Below, piece by piece: positions 61,465 to 64,000 of a stretch of 64,000 nt of DNA. Where the stretch lies: the NCBI GenBank assembly GCA_964187785.1, contig OZ076409.1, positions 13,952,001 through 14,016,000 on the forward strand, given 5' to 3'. The first letter of the stretch is position 1, and the number at the start of each line of letters is the position of its first letter. The notes beneath the pieces were generated by a model. That model was not told the DNA's origin and searched no databases. It saw only the letters and a list, made by a program, of their open reading frames with translations. The position numbers and the translations under genes are program-made. Source of the DNA: Amphiscolops sp. MND2022. Its lineage: Eukaryota.

Positions 61465-63155
61465 TTTTTTGACTCATCATTAGAGGATGAGGATTGTGAG
61501 TTTGAAGATGTTGGTCTATTTTGCGGTTTCTGGGTCTTTGGAGTGGGCTTACCGTCATTGGCATCATCTGGTCTGGTGCGTTTGGGTTTGAGATGCGCAC
61601 CAGCACCTTGCCAGCATCTTTCTTCCGGGTGGTTCTTTTTACCACAAGTGCAACACTCCGGATACGTTTTCTTCTGTGTTTGTTTGCCTTGCTGGGCATC
61701 TTTTTCTTTTTTCTCTTTGATTTTTTCGCAGTCCTTGACCATATGGCCCTTTTCCTTGCAATAATTGCAAGTAATGTCTGACATTTGCCCAGTGGACAGA
61801 AGAGTTTTAGATTTTGTAGTTGAGGAGGTCATTGTGGCTATTGGTAGGTCATCTGATTCCTCAAGAGCGTCGACTTCCAACTCTCTCTCCAAATGAGCAA
61901 CAATTTCATCATATGAGGCATTTTCTAATCTGGCCATGTTGACGGACCGCTTCAATTTAGGTGGCAGCTTTGCGTAAAGCAAGCTGTCAATCATTTTCTG
62001 TGCATGGTCACCAAACGCCTTCTCGGCTCCCTGGTTTAATTCTTTGAGAAAGTCAGGCAGCTTCATCGTATTGGGATCGAAGACCAGACGGTGCCATTTA
62101 TGTTTGGCAGTCGCCTGTGACTCGGGCTTGACGTATTTTTGTCTAAAGATGACTAATACGTCCTCTAGAGTTTGTCGGTTGCTTGAGCTGATATTTCTGA
62201 ATGTCTGAAGAGCATTCTTCCTCAATAAAGAGTGGAAGTGATTGATCTTCATTTGCTCAGTCATTTCTGGCTGCATCTTGATCATATTGTGAAATAGGTC
62301 TTCGAACAGCTCGAATTTCTCACTTTTGTCATCGAATGTCATGGTATTTGAGTTGACTGGGCGTATGGTGAGTTGTTGGGCTGTCGGTCTACTCTGCATT
62401 GTGGTCAAGACGTCTGCCAGCCGAGTGATGGGGTCGGAGTCAGCAGCCGTAGCGATTCTCTCTTGTGCTGGGATCGTCGTGTCGAGGTTGATGTCCTCAA
62501 AGGACCTGTCGAGAAGATTTCTGGATGAGATTCGTCCTGCGAGAAACTCAGGAACTTGATTTGGAGATTCGTTGTCTCCTGTCACCATGTCATGAACATT
62601 ACGGTGTGCTTTGTCACCATGTTCACTATTAAGAGTAGTTTTAGCTTTCGCGTTGTACTGAACTTCGGAATAACTTTCCGGTCTCTCATCAGATCTCTCC
62701 CATCCCCTTCTAGTCTCCTGTCCTGAACCGGCCATAATAACGTTTTGAATCTGGGGTAAAACCTGATTATGGATGGCGTCACTTATGGCTCTCTGAATCT
62801 GGGAACTAACACTGTTCATCATCTCATCCATCTCTCTGGATATTCTAGAGTTCAATTCACTAGATAACTTATTGATCTCGGCTTGAGAATCTATACTTGC
62901 TGAATTTTGGTCATAACCGGCACTAGTTCCGACTCCAAGATTTCTATGATCGGAATGGAGACTCATTTCTCCATTTTCCAAGTTATTACTTGTAATACTT
63001 TCCTGCCTTCTTATGGAAGTTCCATCGAGACTTCCGTCTCTTACCGTATCATTGAAGTGATTTTCCCCTAACATTATGTCAAGGTTTTCAATGTCAGAGA
63101 GGATTTCTAATCCTCTAGATTTCCTTGCTTTCTTTTGTTTTCTTGTAGTAGGCAT
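61461..63155 (-). CDS. gag: Gag of element 2 (likely start MPTTRK at 63155)
   Basis: Intact ORF with a retrotransposon gag core and two knuckles (CNYCKEKGHMVKDC, CCTCGKKNHPEERC). Confidence 0.9.
   Translation of the reverse strand: MPTTRKQKKARKSRGLEILSDIENLDIMLGENHFNDTVRDGSLDGTSIRRQESITSNNLENGEMSLHSDHRNLGVGTSAGYDQNSASIDSQAEINKLSSELNSRISREMDEMMNSVSSQIQRAISDAIHNQVLPQIQNVIMAGSGQETRRGWERSDERPESYSEVQYNAKAKTTLNSEHGDKAHRNVHDMVTGDNESPNQVPEFLAGRISSRNLLDRSFEDINLDTTIPAQERIATAADSDPITRLADVLTTMQSRPTAQQLTIRPVNSNTMTFDDKSEKFELFEDLFHNMIKMQPEMTEQMKINHFHSLLRKNALQTFRNISSSNRQTLEDVLVIFRQKYVKPESQATAKHKWHRLVFDPNTMKLPDFLKELNQGAEKAFGDHAQKMIDSLLYAKLPPKLKRSVNMARLENASYDEIVAHLERELEVDALEESDDLPIATMTSSTTKSKTLLSTGQMSDITCNYCKEKGHMVKDCEKIKEKKEKDAQQGKQTQKKTYPECCTCGKKNHPEERCWQGAGAHLKPKRTRPDDANDGKPTPKTQKPQNRPTSSNSQSSSSNDESKN
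61464..61470 (-). promoter_or_regulatory. -1 ribosomal frameshift heptamer A AAA AAC
   Basis: Lies immediately before the gag TAA; the -1 frame is the pol frame. Confidence 0.75.
62570..62587 (-). promoter_or_regulatory. Primer binding site of element 2
   Basis: TGGTGACAGGAGACAACG directly follows the LTR end ...CATGACA. Isotype (Leu-like) is uncertain. Confidence 0.8.
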
Positions 63156-64000
63156 TGAGACTAAACCGGGTCGAATACTTGAATTATCAATTCCGGAAAA
63201 TAAACAGTGAAACCGTTTGTATTTATGAACGTCTTTATCAAATGAAGGAAAGTACAAAGTATGAGCCTTCCTGCAGGGGTATGGGTATTTATACCTCTGA
63301 AAGGATGACACACACATTTTTGACATACTTTGACCAAGACAAATCATAAGATTTTACAATCATCATAGGGAAATCCCCGACAATTACATATTTCCGGGGG
63401 ACATTTAAGGAATGGTATTCAGAGTCATCATTTTAAGTAGCAACTTCAAACAATCTATCGATTAGACCTACTTCAAGTGTGATGTAAACAAATACCACAA
63501 CTTGCATATTTCATAGTGATGTGAAATGAAGGCACGTGCCGGCACAAGTTTACTACAAATCAAGCTGAAAATGGAATGTACTACTATGTGTGGAATTCCA
63601 TTACTGCATCGATATTCACGAAAATACACTCACATATCAGAACCGGAATAGGCCTAAATCCATAACATGTACTGCACATTTGAAGGACATGGTAAAAGGC
63701 CTCAACCGTCCCTTTATTCAAGTTGAAAATATACCGACATCAAAACACCACAAACGTATTTATTTGGACTAAAATCATGATTCTAATAGCTCCGCGTAAG
63801 TATTGATTCAATTAGGCAACGAAGGTATTATTATGCTTGAATTGGCCGAAACCGTCCATTTGACTGAGGGACTGATATAAATTAGCACCGCTTAGTCAAT
63901 AGGCCTTATCCGGCCATCATAAATAAAGCACTCATAATTAGCAAAAGGAAAGCTCTGATTGGCTAATAACCGTACTGAAAGTTACATCGCCGAGAAGGGA
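62588..64000 (-). repeat. 5' LTR of element 2 (partial)
   Basis: About 7 substitutions versus 48313-49725 by eye. Confidence 0.9.

Larger units (their letters stand above)
48313..64000 (-). mobile_element. Gypsy-type LTR element 2 (over 15.7 kb; 5' LTR runs off the window)
   Basis: Direct repeat 48313-49725 = 62588-64000 starting TGTCATGAACA; PBS abutting the right copy; gag-PR-RT-RH-IN order. Confidence 0.93.

Overview
Eukaryotic (most likely invertebrate animal) genomic DNA made almost entirely of nested transposable elements; no complete host gene is evident. From left to right: (1) 1-11.8 kb: a promoter-like, low-complexity stretch followed by small non-autonomous DNA elements with clear TIRs/TSDs (hAT-, Tc1/pogo-, CACTA-, piggyBac-type) and a tRNA-like head. 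(2) 11.8-24.2 kb: a minus-strand Gypsy-type LTR element (element 1) with gag and protease but no RT/RNase H/integrase, a large accessory ORF with an SGNH-hydrolase-like segment, a collapsed 62-bp 3' LTR, and a 695-bp LTR shared with a second, truncated unit. (3) 28-44 kb: a hAT transposon interrupted by nested MULE-like elements, a near-complete CR1/L2-type LINE, a decayed minus-strand LINE and a solo LTR. (4) 45-48 kb: Copia remnants and a minisatellite. (5) 48.3-64 kb: a young minus-strand Gypsy element (element 2), the most unusual feature. Its LTRs appear to be about 3.2 kb and protein-coding, gag starts about 189 codons inside the LTR, and between pol and the PPT it carries an antisense, intron-containing gene resembling a catalytically altered BED-finger hAT transposase. 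All family assignments were made by eye from motifs; no searches were run.
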